A DNA stretch of 64,000 bases. Origin: Antedon mediterranea. Its lineage: Eukaryota > Animalia > Echinodermata. A program made the position numbers and the translations under genes. The stretch is taken from the NCBI RefSeq assembly GCF_964355755.1, contig NC_092670.1, forward strand, positions 18,710,795 to 18,774,794, written 5' to 3'. Each line of letters begins with the position of its first letter. Within the stretch, counting starts at the first letter, position 1. The notes beneath the pieces are model-generated. The model ran no database searches, had not been told where the DNA came from, and saw only the letters and a program-made list of their open reading frames with translations. Positions 12,901-27,900 of the stretch are shown one piece after another.

Positions 12901-15900
12901 TTTTGCATCATTATAAAAAAGAATATTTTGATATGAGAAAAAACAATTCATATTCATGCTAAAATTACATTTGTGGATACATATTTTGTATGTTCATACA
13001 TATTTTGTACGTGCATAACATTCTAACACCAAAAACAAGTTTTCTGCCAAATAATTTGTAACATGCGGGATAGCGAAACCACCTGTAAATTCTAACAATC
13101 CGTTTTTTATCAGTTCATGATGTTGATCAGTTTTTTAAGTTATATTAGTGGTTGTTTTGCCAAATTTGTCAAACATCAATTTAAAGTGAAAATCCAAGCT
13201 ATTATTTTAACCTGGTTAATGAATTAGCATACAAGAGTGTTTTTGTGCCGAGAACAAAACAACTGTCTATTTAGTGCCCAGCTTACCCGGATAAACTGAC
13301 ATTGGCTTATTTCTTTCTGAGAAGAGAGCTACAGCATGAATACATAAAAATACTATACATAGAGTATACACCCCTATCAGACAATGGTACATTACTTTAA
13401 CAGTGTTTCCCAAGTATTGATTACACAATGACATAGTACCAAAACAGAAGTATGTTATCTGTTGTGATAGCTTTTGTAAACAACCCCAATGGCTTTGTTC
13501 CTTAGAACCTGTAATTTTTGCAATATTAATACAAAGATGGTACATCAAAAGAAGAAAATGATATGTCCAGCAGAAAACACATTTAAACACTTTTTGTACT
13601 GGTATGTTTCTGTTATGTGATTTAGGTGAAAGTTCACCGTGTAAATGTCAAGCGATAAACCAGCATCCTGTTCTGGGTATCCTCAAGAATACCACATGCA
13701 CGTATGCTAAGTCTAATCTGCATTGTCACGCTTAAATCAAACATGCTTTTCGATCAAAAAGTGGTGGCAGTGCTCTGCGTATTGTATGTTTAGCAATCAT
13801 TACATAATACTCCCATTTTGACATATTTGTCACGTCTTACTTTCCCAGATTAGATACAATATAAATGTAATTTTTAGGTTAGATGGGTAAAAATTGTCTG
13901 AATTTGGTAACCTTAGTTTGCTACTTTTATCCAAAGAACTTGATATTCAACTGTTGATGTATTCCGTTCATGGAGTTGTTTTGGTGCTATTTGTTCACAT
14001 CCCTTCAAATAGTGAATCTTGAAGGAAAGGGCGACATTAAAGTTAAAAGCAGAGAAAAGAACTGCTGTCTCAGTCAAAGTTATATTATGCTACATGGCCT
14101 GGGTCTCACATGCATTTAGTGTAGAATTTTTTACCTATAAGACAACCTTGAGGTAATACCGATATTCCACAATCTATAGCTTAAATTGTAGCCACAAAAT
14201 CATAATTTTGAGTTATTTAGATTTTCTGAAACAAAATATAAGTTATTCACTTGAAGAAAGTTGTTGAATGAGTAATTTTTAGGTTAATAATAATACACAA
14301 TTAAATAATTTTAAGCTAAACTGCTTATGTTCTTGACCAAACCAAACCTACCAATATGGATAATTTTTTGATAGATATTAGATAAGGGTATTTATTGAAG
14401 CTCTACACTTGAATGTAAGATCTGTGTCACAGTGTTAAAACTAGTCTACAGGAAATCTTTGTGGTCTATTGAAATCTCAATCAAGAGGTGGTTAATATGT
14501 TTGTCTATGTACAACAGTAAAAAATAGATTAAACAATTAAGGCAGATTAACACTTACTAAAATCATTTAAGGTCAATATTATTTTTGTATTCCAAAGTAA
14601 AGAGCTTCTGCTTTATATGAGGTTGGTTAGTTAATTTTATTTATCAGATAAGACCATATTATTCATAAATGCTTCAGGCTTATGATGAATCTAAAGAACC
14701 TTGCCATGTTGGCGGGCATTAAATGTAGGAAAACCCTGCAGTTGGGTAAAATCAAAAGAATTATAATAATTATTGCATATGGGTATTACAGATAAGTATG
14801 TTTGTTGACAAGTACATATGATACCATATCCATCCTTGCTTTAAGCATGTAAGTAAATGGATGCGTTAAGATAGAAAGTATTAATTTGAAGATTATGACT
14901 AATTTGTTTATTATAAATATGATTGGAATTAAGAATGAAAACAATTTAAACAAACAAAATGTTATTTTTAATTTTAATTTTAATTTTTGTATTTAATACT
15001 CAAAATACAACTCATAGTTGAAATGAAGAGCTTACATAGAAAAATGATGATAATAAGAATATGTACATAGATAATTTAGATTTGATAGTTGATACAAATG
15101 AAGTTATGTGTATGGTGTCATTGGTCGTGAGGTGAGGAAGCACATCACAATGTCCCTGCACAATGAATTTACCTGATGTAGTTAGGTTGTAAGTTGATCA
15201 TTGCAAATTAAATGCTCCCTGTTTTTGTTAACTGAAGACCAACCAATTAAATCCTATTTTATTCCAAACTTGTTCCACTGTTAATAATTATTATCATAAT
15301 TATTTTGTTATTAACAGCAGTTAAACCAATCCTGAACAGCAGTTAAACCAATCCTGACAGCTCTAACTGCATTCAATGTTGATAAGATTCTGGCTGATTA
15401 AATGTTACTGATTGGTTGTGTTGCAAAATGTGATAATGTTGTGATTTTCAAAATACACAAATATTGCCCTTCTTGATTGAGATTTCTTCACGATTAGACT
15501 AAGTTATCCTCATCCTTGGACCCAGACCATGGAAAAATACCCAGACTGTAAGAAATAGCATGATCATGTGCTGCAGATTTATATAATCTAAATGTTGATG
15601 TTCACTAAATTCTGGCTTAGAAACTCCAGCATGATGTTTATACCACATTACATCATTTGGATTACCTTTCAGACTTCTATAACAAGATTATTACTAATGA
15701 GCTTTAGACGGATTAACTGTTTTTATCCCTATCTGATTTGGAGAAATGTTATGCAAGGCTATCATATATTTTAAACCACTGCTGGTTATTGAATGTTGAT
15801 ATGGACTGTCACCTCCCCATTTTGACCTGGGAGTGGATACGCACCTACCTTAAAGCAAGTCCCTAGATGTCGAAACCTTCCACAAGCATTTCCAAATATG

Positions 15901-18900
15901 GTAAAACGCTGTAGATTTAATGTCCCTCTTGCGATGGGAACTTATCATTAGTCACTCTCATATTTTTATATTTCCACAAACCGTTGCGTAGGTATGTTAT
16001 CCACGAAAATTCACAGTTGAAAAGTAATTAGGTTACTCTATATTTAGCCACGATAAGTTATGTGTTGCTATGTTGAGTCAATTTCATATTCTCGTGTGTG
16101 TCCGTGTATTGGGGTTTAAAGTTTCGCTAATAGGAAAGTAAAAGGTTTATTTTAAATAGTTTGAGCAAATTTTTGTTTTACCTACGTAACTTCTGTGTCA
16201 GTTAGTATTAAGTCCCTTATTATTTTTTAATTATTTGAAATTATATTAGTTTCAAAACGATGGAAATAGAAGCATTTTATTATATTCCTCTATTTCAAAC
16301 GAAAACTTGTCATGATTTTTTTTCTTACAAAATGAAAGGTCATCATTTTAATGTCATCAGATAAACTTTTTTTTAGTGTATTCTATTGTATATTTATTAT
16401 TTGGTAGTACAACTGCAGAATATTTTTCTAAAATAACAGTAAAAAGTCTTTTATATGAATGTTCCTTAGTAATCACAGAATTATTACTATGTTGCCCAAT
16501 TCTTTCAACATGAAAACATTTTCTTTTTTTTTTCAGGAACCAAAATTAAAACGTAGTAACTCTGATCCAAACCTCTCGGAGGCAGACGACATGTTGAAGC
16601 GAAAAGAGATTGCGATGACCTTTCCAGTAAGTTGACCTAATGTTTGTTTTTTCAAGATTTGTCAGTCCACTGTAGGACATATCCCTCCTCCAAAGCTCTC
16701 CATTTATTTATCTCTTTTGCTATTATCAACCAGTTTTTATATTTTCTCATGTCATTCCTCCATCTTATTCTGGGTTTACCTTTTTTCCTTTTACCTATCC
16801 TTGGTGGTCAATCCGTGGTCCTGCTTGTTGATTGTCCTAGAGCCTTTGTAACATGGCCTGCCTATCTTCACTTATTTTAGGTAATTGCTTGAAGCAGATC
16901 TATGGTTTTTCATCTTTCCCTTGTTAGTTGTAACATGGTATAGTACCTTGTTTGATATTAATTTATATTTATTTAAATTGATTATAATAATTTAATTACT
17001 TTTAATAATAATAATAGCCCTTTTCCTTGTTGAATGTTTTTATGTTTTTCTACATCTTTCAAACATTTAAATTGATATCAAACTTAAAGTTTGACTATTT
17101 TTTAAATTTGTTGGCTCTCTAAGTTTCAAGTTGCGTATGACCTACTGACCTTAGTCCCACATTAACAGGATGCCTCAAAATGAGATCCTTTTGTTTTTGC
17201 GTACATAATACCCAAAACACCAAGCCACCATAGAAATCACCTTTAATGCTATCTGATTTGGCAATCCATTGGGTATCTAATCTTGTTCTCGCAGCCATGC
17301 GTTTAAAAAAACAAAGTTAAACGATTCGTACAACCAAATGTTAAAAGTCAAGGTCCGTGGTTCCCAGGTAGTGTTTTATTCTCAAGAATTCGTAAACAAG
17401 TTACTGTAGGCCTAGTACTAAACAAGTTACTGCAGTACTGAGCAGAAAGTCCAACAATAGTTTTAACCATAAATTAAATATATTACTAGCCAATTCTTGG
17501 TACTGTATCTATGTCCAGTACCATGCAAATTCTGTAAAACAGTGACATATATGTATCACATGTTATTTGGCCAACCTAACCGTAACATAATACAGGCACT
17601 ACATGTGATACTGTATTAAAGCATTTGCCTATGATACTGGACAGATAATTCCATATGTGGAGATACAGTACAGATGCGATTGGTTGCAAAAACAGCACCA
17701 TCTCGCGTGATACTAGATCACATATGGTGGCTATTGACTGTATACAGTTAGCGCTGCATGTTGATGCTCAAATCAATATCACTCCTGCATCTCACTAAAC
17801 AACTCATCCGATACATCTTTTTTTTGCCTAATCTATCCTCACTTTCTAGGGATCATATAAAACATTTATGTATCAAATAATTTTAAGTTTTTTCATACGA
17901 CTGTTATCGCTTAGTTGCCATAAGGGGTTAGTATTTTTAAAGAAAATTATGAATTTCCGCTACGTACCGTGCCCAGGTGTACACGGTAGTTGTTGTCGCC
18001 ACTTTTCTTTTGCTAATGCGATGAACTTGAAAATGTTTACATATGTGCCACGTTGAATTCTGGCGTTTTTTTGTTGGTAAATGGGTTTAAAAATTTAATC
18101 TAAGATTAGGGATACTGTTTTGTTTTTTTTTCTTCTGAAGATTGTTTATAGATTTGACGAGAAAACAAACAAGGAATCAAGCTACGTTTAGATAACAAGA
18201 AACACAATGTTCTTCTGGCAAAATTGTTTCATCACATTAGCTCATGTTTTAGTGATTACCAAAAGAATTGAGCATAATTCTCGAAGGATTCTTTTCACCA
18301 TACCAGGGCCGAACAATCGACAACCTAGATATTGAATATTACATTGAAATAATTATCAGATCAAAAACGAAAGTCTGCTCCTCAGATTCCTCCCTTTCTG
18401 GTTAAATTCACACTCACGAAAACCAGTGGTTACCATTTCAATGTCAATTTAATTCAACAAAACATAATACCTTTCAAGATGTTTACACTTTTAATCTAGT
18501 AAGACAGCTATTAATTGCCAGGTTATTATGTAATTTTGTCCCACCTGTTTCCACGTATTTCATCAGTCCCATTTTCCTTTGCCAGAAAGGTGTTTTGGGG
18601 TTTGTCCATGCGAAATCTTTTAAGCATGACAGCGACAATTGTGGTTTTGTTAAGATTATTTTTAGCATATGGAATTGAATTTGATGAGGATTTTGTATTA
18701 AGTGTTTGTAATGCTGAAAACGTTCAATGTGTTTGCCATCAGACTATTATATTATTAGAACTGTTGAGCTTTGTCAATGCTGAAGGGATTGTGTTTGTTG
18801 AGGATGGAGATTTGAAAAATAGGAAATAGAAACTCTACAGTCAAATGTGCCAAGTCTCACATGTTATGTCATCAATTGTGGTCATGTAGATTGGTTCTAG

Positions 18901-21900
18901 TCAAGTAATCATACAATTACCAATAATAATAAATGTGGTTGTCTCATATAACACTTTACATAATTTATATATACCACAATTAAAATTTTTCTAAACGCTT
19001 TAACAGGAAAAAAAAGTCATGAAATATCATTCATTAAAAAAAAAACACCAAAAAACAAATTGAAGAGGAACCATTTTCACTGCTCCATTCTTCAGCACCT
19101 TAAATCTCCCAAATCTCATTTTGACGATAAGGATTTTTTATCAATGCTATATCACTGATTACTTCTTAGAACTCTTTTAGTTTTGGTTTTATTCTTTAAA
19201 AAAACAGTTTGTCGCCCTCTATCATGTAAAAGATATGAAATATCAACTTTTTTGTTAACATTTATTTTTCCTAATCATCTTCATCTATATTATTTTACAG
19301 GGTCTTTTCCATTTGAAAAAAGGATGGCTAATTAAACAAGGTGAAAGTGAACAGGTAAGAAATGAGATAGATAAATGTTTTTTACTACTACTATTTAAAT
19401 TAACATTTTTCATATTGTGTGAATTAATTAATCAAATATTTTCAGTGTAACATTGCATTACTTTGTTTCGGTTAAAATGTATCAATTGTCTTCTGGGGAA
19501 ATACTTTATCTTAAAATAATTACCTGTAAATATTTGTGTTCAGTACACCAATACAAACTTTCTAGCAACATCGTTATATTTCTGCACATAAAAGAAGTTC
19601 AGAACTATCAGTTGCTGCCACAGGTACCCTAATTATCAAATCTTAGTTAGCATTATGATATTTACCATTTGCATTCTAATCCAAAAAACATTGCAAACCC
19701 TTCATCGCTAAACATGTTCAAAATCAAAAAGTTTTTTTTTCAATCATTCAATCAAAAAAAGTAGACGGAATGACTGTACGATGACTATATGCCAAGTGTC
19801 TTTCCTAACCAGGTGAAACATGGCAAGTCTCAACCAATCAAAACACAGGATCTGTAATCCTCGGAGATGATCGACGATGTTATAAATAGATTTCTCTTGA
19901 TCTGCTTCTTATGGCTCTGTATCCCACCTGGGATACTCAAACAGAAACAAAGTGCTTTCACTTGAGATGGCATGCCCAACCCTAAATGTAGTTCTACAAA
20001 TAGATTACAGATATATTGTTCTAATTTTTTTTACCCTAAGACTTTTGTACGAGATCCAATGTTTTATTGTTTGCAGCCAAGAAGAATTAAAGTTGGTTTT
20101 GATTTTGAAATATGATATTTTGAATGTTATAAAAAGCATTCAAATGTTCTGGCAGTCCCAACAATTCTTATTATTAAATTAAACTTAATGAATATTCATT
20201 AGCTAATTAATCTACTTGCCCAATGAAATTGTGATACAATCAAGATACATTACCATACAGATCTGATTGGCCAATCAACTATAAGTGCTGTACAACCTAA
20301 TGAATATTCATACACTAATTCACTAATCAGTGAAGTTGTTCCATGAATTTTGCGCTATACACTACACTATATAAACCACTCTGGCATTTATGAATATATT
20401 TAATCAAATTAATGATTCACAAATTAAATAAAACTTTCTACATTCCTAACATTTGAGTCACTAATTAACCATTTGTAAACTTCAGTATAATAATTGTTGT
20501 CCCACAAGCTTTCTAATAAAGTGAATAATAAGTTATTGACTCATATTTTAGTTACAGTTAATAAATAGTTAGATTTAATTATGCTGATGATATTAATGCA
20601 AGTAATTAATGTTAATATGAGTTGAATAGAACAGTAGGGTTTTCAACAAATGAAATTATTCTTCCTATTCAATTACTAATATGGAAGTAATTAATGTTTA
20701 TAAGTTGAATAGAACAGTCAGGTTTTTAACGAATGAAATTATTCTTCCTATTCAACTATTACCAAATCAAGTAATTAATGTTTATGAGTTGAATAGAACA
20801 GTCAGGTTTTTAACGAATGAAATTATTCTTCCTATTCAACTATTACCAAATCAAGTAATTAATGTTTATGAGTTGAATAGAACAGTCAGGTTTTTAACGA
20901 ATGAAATTATTCTTCCTATTCAATTACTAATATGGAAGTAATTAATGTTTATAAGTTGAATAGAACAGTCAGGTTTTTAACGAATGAAATTATTCTTCCT
21001 ATTCAACTATTACCAAATCAAGTAATTAATGTTTATGAGTTGAATAGAACAGTCAGGTTTTTAACGAATGAAATTATTCTTCCTATTCAACTATTACCAA
21101 ATCAAGTAATTAATGTTTATGAGTTGAATAGAACAGTCAGGTTTTTAACTAATGAAATTATTCTTGCTACTCAACTATTACCAAATCAAGTAATTAATGT
21201 TTATAAGTTGAATAGAACAGTCAGGTTTTTAACTATGACATTATTCTTGCTACTCAACTATTACCAAATCAAGTAATTAATGTTTATAAGTTGAATAGAA
21301 CAGTCGGGCTTTCAACAAATGAAATTATTCTTCCTATTTAACTATTACCAAATCAAGTAATTAATGTTTAAAGTTGAATAGAACAGTCCGGTTTCAATCA
21401 ATGAAATTATTCTTCCTATTTAACTATTAAAAATTTGCAAGTAAATTAATGTTTATAAGTTGAATAGAACAGTCCGGTTTTTAACGAATGAAATTATTCT
21501 TTTTATTTAACTATTACCAAATCAAGAAGTAATTAATGTTTATGAGTTGAATAGAACAGTGAAGTTTTTAACGAATAAAATTATTCTTCCTATTTTAACT
21601 ATTAAAAAACAACCTATTGTTCTTAAGTAAACTGTATAGGTGCATTTCCCATCATGCAATTGAAATGGGAGAAAATAATTCATGAAATGAAAATCAACCA
21701 ATCAAATGGTGCGGACACACTTAAAAACAAGATATTGTGACCTGTTAATATCTATTTTGAAATCAGTTGGTTCTCTCAACACCTTTAGTACAAACTGCTG
21801 ATATCATTGTTAGCAAACAGTATTGTCCCAGGTTACATTTTACTCGCAAACAAGTTTCTTTTTCATTCTCCTCATAATATGATATAAGCAAAAACTTGCT

Positions 21901-24900
21901 GGTAAAAATTACGATAACCAAGCACTATGACTGGTCACGCTAGTCCCAATCGTCGACAAAGTAGACCCACTTATATTGATAATCTTTAGCGTATTCCCGT
22001 AGAGAATCCGTTGGTCAGTATATTCAGCTTATTGTTTTTTATGTAATATATCCGCCACTTCCCGTAGGAAATTATAAAAGTTGACTTATTCCCGTGGTAT
22101 TTGGTACATTCCAGGTGGGCTGTAGTCTGTAGTTCTATCTTTTGTGTTTTGTGTCCACATTTCAAACAATTTTAATTGAAACAAAGAAGGTTTAGTTTTA
22201 AAATATAAAAGGTTATATCTGAATTAGGTCAATAATTTGTTTTTCAAAATTCTTAAAAGGAAAAACTTTAATCATATCTTCTTTGCTTTAGTCCCATATT
22301 TCCTTAAGTCCTTTGTGTTTTTTCCTTCTTTATCTAGAAACATAATTCTATATACTTATTTTTATTATTTAATTTAGGATTGGAGTAAGCACTGGTTTGT
22401 GTTATGCGACAACAAGTTAACGTATTACAAAGACCAGCAAGCTGAGGAGGTACGTTTAAATTTTGTTTTAATAAGTTAAGGGGATACAGGGATTAGGAAT
22501 TAATTTTAAACGGTGTACTAGTCCACACAAACACAGCCACTGTCACACACAGCCACTGTGCAAATTGGGACTGGACCGTTTTAGAGGTGTTTACCACCTG
22601 TTGGTCCAGATCCTTCACTAACTGAGTTGGTGAGTAGTCGAATAAATAAAATAAAATAAATAAAATGTTTTTCTTTGTTGCTTATTGTTATATACTGCAA
22701 ATTTGAGGTGAAACTTAATTTAATAATAAAAACAAATTGTTTCAAACAAAATGATATCTTATTTTCCATCTAAATCCAACAGACAATTTATTTTTATTAA
22801 TAAAATGAATAAAAATAGAACATCCTATTGAAATTTAATTTAAAGTGAATTTAGAAGTATTAGCTTGGCGTAAGACCAACAACTCCAATAAGCAAACCTT
22901 ATAAAAAAACAGTATTACCGTATACTGATAAATTGTGTAAAATATAGTTTGGAAATCTGTACCACATTTTGCCTCTTATGTAAGAATTTGCAAGTAATCT
23001 TGGATATACACACGGCTTGTTATCATGTCGTTCACCTTTATAATATAATCCATTTTAGCGATTATCTCTATCTATAAAAGTAATAGGATTGTGTGAATTA
23101 ATAAGTAAGATTGTGTATTTCTTTGAAGCAATAACGATTAATCTTGGTTATTAATATTGAAAGAATATTTTATAAATTCAGTTCAGTTGTCGGCTGGTTT
23201 CTTGTTAATTTTAACTGTTTAACTGGTTTTGTAACTTTATTAAAACTTCAAAATGGTCTAGTTTTAATTTATTTATCTTTATTTCTTATGTTTTGGGGGA
23301 AACAGAACATCTTTAATAGAGAACATTAACATTATGATATATAATCAAAGATTTGCTTAGATTACTGTACAGCTCAACTATGATAAATTTACTGCTTATT
23401 CTGCCAGCTGTCTGACTACTAGGCTAGAATTAGCAAACTTTATTTTGTTAAACAAACCCATCTTCATGCAAAACAAGTTTTAGTATCTCAATTGCTTGTG
23501 GCAGTGACTTAGTAGTGATCAATATTGTTGGCTTAAATCTGTATAAATGTTGTTGGATGGTATTCGGATTAAGTGTGCAGACCATCCAAAACGACTTCTG
23601 CATATATTTACTTCTTATGTGACTACTACTACTGTTTTAGTTCCTTTATTTCTGCTCGTAACTGAACTCCGTTTGTTGCTTTTTTCTGGAAATTACTGTA
23701 GAAACTTGATAAGACATTGTTAACATTATTTCTTTGCTGTTAGTTTTTGTGGAAACAAATCTGGATTTGTCTGTGTTGTCATTTTTGTTGTGGAAACAAA
23801 TATTGACGTTGGTTTTACTAACTTTTGTTTAGATTTATTTATAGAAAGGGTATACCTTAGTTTAAAAACACATCTGGTAATATGTGTGCCTAAGTCTATA
23901 CCTAATTGATTGTTTTCTTGCGATTTTTGCAGACGCAACTTTCCATAAATTGTGCGCACATTATTTTTTCGTTTGTACTAGTTTGTGCCTAGTACGAATA
24001 TGCCCCTGCCTTAGCTGCCACACTCCGTCATTCCATTCAGTTTGTTTTCTTGTAGTAACATCTCTTTTCAATAATGTTCTCGATCCTGTCGAGCTTACAA
24101 AGGATGTTAAAAGTCAATCTTGAAAACCGCTCTCGATTTCGACAGGTTGGGTTTTGCCTGTCAGAGACTTTCAAATCCCAAGACGTAGGCACACGCTCGA
24201 TTTGGTTGCAATATCTATTTTCACTTATTCTAACCCTCAGTAAATTTAGAAACTTTGTTTAATTTTAACTTTCATTTTAATAATGAGGACCTGTTAAAAG
24301 GAACATGAATGCCAAAAATAGAGGTACTTGTTTACTCATAGCCAGGCTAGCATGACTATAGTTAGCATTCTTAAGTTTAGCCACACAGTAAAGACTTTGG
24401 TTCAGAAGCAGTTTGTGCATAGGATACTAATGTCTACTGTAATGCGTTTGTTTGTGCTTACTGAATGATTTTTTTTGTTTTTGGATGATATAAAGTTAGT
24501 AAGTTCATTTGGAGTAATTGTTGTTGTTTTATGTTTGTTTATATTTATATTTCTAGTTTCCATCGCTTAGAATAATTGATACTGTTCAGTGCTTTATTCA
24601 TTTATGATAATATGTAACTTATATACCTATGATGTAATTGTTTTATATTTTATAGTTTGTTTTTTCAGTCTTTGTTTATATCAATATATATTTAAATATT
24701 TTCTTAAGCTATTATTGGCAAATATAATAATGCTTAAATATTCAGGATGTTTTATTTCTTAAATTTGAAAAACTTTACTCAAGGTGGTATTTACTGTATG
24801 TTGCATTTTGCTACATTTAATCCACATTTTATAGCAAAAGGTAACACATTTTGTTTAATTGAAAACAAATGTTTCTGTCAAAATTTTAAGCATGTTCTTT

Positions 24901-27900
24901 AATTACAGTCTTCAATTTTTATTTTTTTATAATTTATTATCAACTGAAATTTGTGCACAGTGTAAGATCAATAATATACAGTCTCTAAAATATTAATTTG
25001 TTTGTTTTTATCAGGATTGTAGCTTGTCTGGTGTTATTGAACTTGCAAACTGCATCGAGGCACGCTCAACGACTGTCAGCAGAAACTATGGTTTTGCAAT
25101 ACGAGTAAGTCAAAACAATTTATTTTCCAAGAAAAAAAACACATTAATAATAACTAAACAGATTTAAGAAAGCAGGTTAGAGCTGACACAGATTAGAAAG
25201 CTAATGCTATGTGATGCGGTTGACATGAAATATAACAATACCAACATTATATCTTTCTATCTCAGCAACACAAAGTCTTATGTAATTTTTAAATAATTAA
25301 TTTATTGGAGAGAGTAAAAATAATTCTGGATAAAGAAGAAGAAAAAATTATAAACTGTGTCTTGTCTCAGATATAGAAGAATAGTTGGTAATGTATATTG
25401 AAGATCATGTCAATTATTCTACTGTACTAACTACATTTGTTTTTACTGCAAAAACCTTTGATTTTAGTTTCATAAGTTTATGAGGCAGTCATTGCAATAA
25501 ATAGTGTTAATTTTTATAAATTGCTAAATAATTGCATAAACAGGTTAAAGATTGAATGGAATGTAGTTACTGAAGTAATTGCAGTAAAATAATATTGACA
25601 TGATCCCTAAAAATAAAAAAACATGCTTGGTGATATTATACTGTATATTAAATAAAGGAAAGAATGAATGATTGGAACTCTCCTGTGAACATTTTTTATT
25701 TAACCATTGACAATAATATTTATTTGTTATCTATTCATTCATTTCAGACTCCAAACTACTCAATAATATTAGCAGCTATGACTAGTGGAATAAAAAATAA
25801 CTGGGTGCAAGCTATTAACAAGGCGATTGCAACTGCCAGAAGTGAGGCCGACAAATCACCATCTAGTCCATGTGATGTGGATGGCATATCTGGAAACAGC
25901 AAAGGTGACATCAGTCATGATGTAAACGTGGAAAAAACAATTGCAGCAACATCAGAAGTACAGGATATGAGTCAGCCTCCATCTAGAAACCCTATAACGA
26001 GTTCTTCACTTAAGCTAGAAGACGATACAGACACACTTGATGATGTTAGTCAAATAGAATCGGATCTGGAAAAGGATAAACTTATTCTAGATTCTGATAA
26101 ATCTGAAACTAGAACTACTGTGTTAGAAGACACAACTACTGAAGAAGTATCATTTCCAGATTTGTCAAAGAAATCTCGTGAACGAAAGAACAAACGACGT
26201 GCACGGTCAAAAACAGATGATCGTATGGAAAAAGACATTGAGGAGAGCATGAAAGCTTCAAAAGAGGGTGGTATTCTGAGGTCGAAAAGTAGCAGTAGTA
26301 TTGTCATGGGACAGAGAACATCAAAAGAATCCTCCATTAAGAAAGTGAAAATTAAAACCAACGAATATTCTTCTCCAGAATCAACACATCAAGAAGATCT
26401 TGCATCTCTTGATACCCAACAAGATGATATGGAGATGTTGAAAAAATCTGAAAGCAGCATGACATCACCAGATACCAGTGTAGTGGAACTTCTTGAAACA
26501 CAGGTAAATATGTTTAGAAATGTGGAAGGATTGACTGAAAAGTTTTGTTTGTCGATTCTTAAAAAAACCCATTACTTTTTTTTAGTACCTATATTGATTA
26601 TACAATATTCTATTTTAGGTTGATTCGTTACAAGAACAGTTAACATCCACAAGAACTGATCTTGAAAATTCAAACAAGCAGAAAATGGAACTGAATACAA
26701 AAATGGACCGTTTGATACGAGAACACCAAGATGAAATGTCAGAAGTCATGAAAGGTCAATCAGTGTATGAGACACAGGTAAACCATATTTTCTTTTAACG
26801 CTAACCAAGAATAAACAATTGACAAATGCTTAAAATAAATAATTTTGTTTGTTAATTTGTAATAAATAACTCCACTCCACCTTTGAGAAGTACATTAAAC
26901 TGGTTTTTTTTTATCTTTCGTTTAGTTGGAAAAGCTTAGACAAAAGAAAAACTTCCTGGAAGATGAAAAACAGCGAATGATTGATGAGTTAAACCAGAGA
27001 GATGTTGAGAAAGTAAACCTTGAACAATCAAAACAAGCAGTTGAAGAGATAGAGGCATTAAATAATCGTTGTGTCCAACTTGAATCAGAGCTTTCAAAAT
27101 CTAAAGATGAACTGAGCAAAAATCGAACCACAATGAAGTTAGAACGCGAAAAAGTTACTGGTATGATTGAAAAACTGAATGATAGAATTGATGGTTTGGA
27201 AGAAGAAATCGGTGATAAAAAAGTTCTATTACAAGAAGCAGAATCTCAGGCAACCATCAAAGCTAAACAAGTGCGCGAGTTAGAGACACTTTTACGACAG
27301 AGTAAATCGGGTCAGTTGATTAATGATCTAATGGCTGAGCTAACGGACACTCGCGGAAGACTTGAAGAAAGTGAGACTGTTGTTATTCAAAATGAAGAAC
27401 GTTTTGAGAAACGATATCTGCGATTAAAAGACAAACTGCGAGCTGAAAATAATGTCTTGAAAAATCAGTTGCAACTTGCAGAAGAAGAATTAAAACTGGC
27501 AGCTGATGCTAATATGATACCTCTTGTTACTCACAATGAAGTTGTTGGGAATTTGAAAAATGAACTTGAATTGAATGAATCTGCTAATGTAAGCTTGCAG
27601 CAAAAATGTGCAGAACTACAGAATGAACTTGCACAGATTGTTTTGAAAACTCAGGGAGATCTAGGTTCAGTACAGAGTAACGATTCAGCAGTCAGACTAG
27701 AGCAGGAATTAGAAGATACTAAAGGAGAGTTAAAATTGTTAAAGGAAGCTCTTGAAAATGAAAAAACAAGTGGTGCTAATTTGTCTTCGGAACTAGAGGA
27801 AGAAAGATATAGCAAAGCAGTTCTTTTAAAGCAGTTAGAAGATGTAAGCGACAAACTAAAGCAAAATGAACAAGAACTATTAAAACAGGCTGACACAAAC

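Noticed and set aside
15314-15357. 22-bp perfect duplication (similar case at 38444-38490)
   Set aside because: Simple slippage duplications with no sign of function
18515-18829. 104-aa hydrophobic ORF in an MPRIP intron
   Set aside because: Non-ATG start, no recognisable domain, no convincing splice sites
20681-21276. Repeat-protein ORFs
   Set aside because: By-product of the 84-bp minisatellite, interrupted by the 83-bp units
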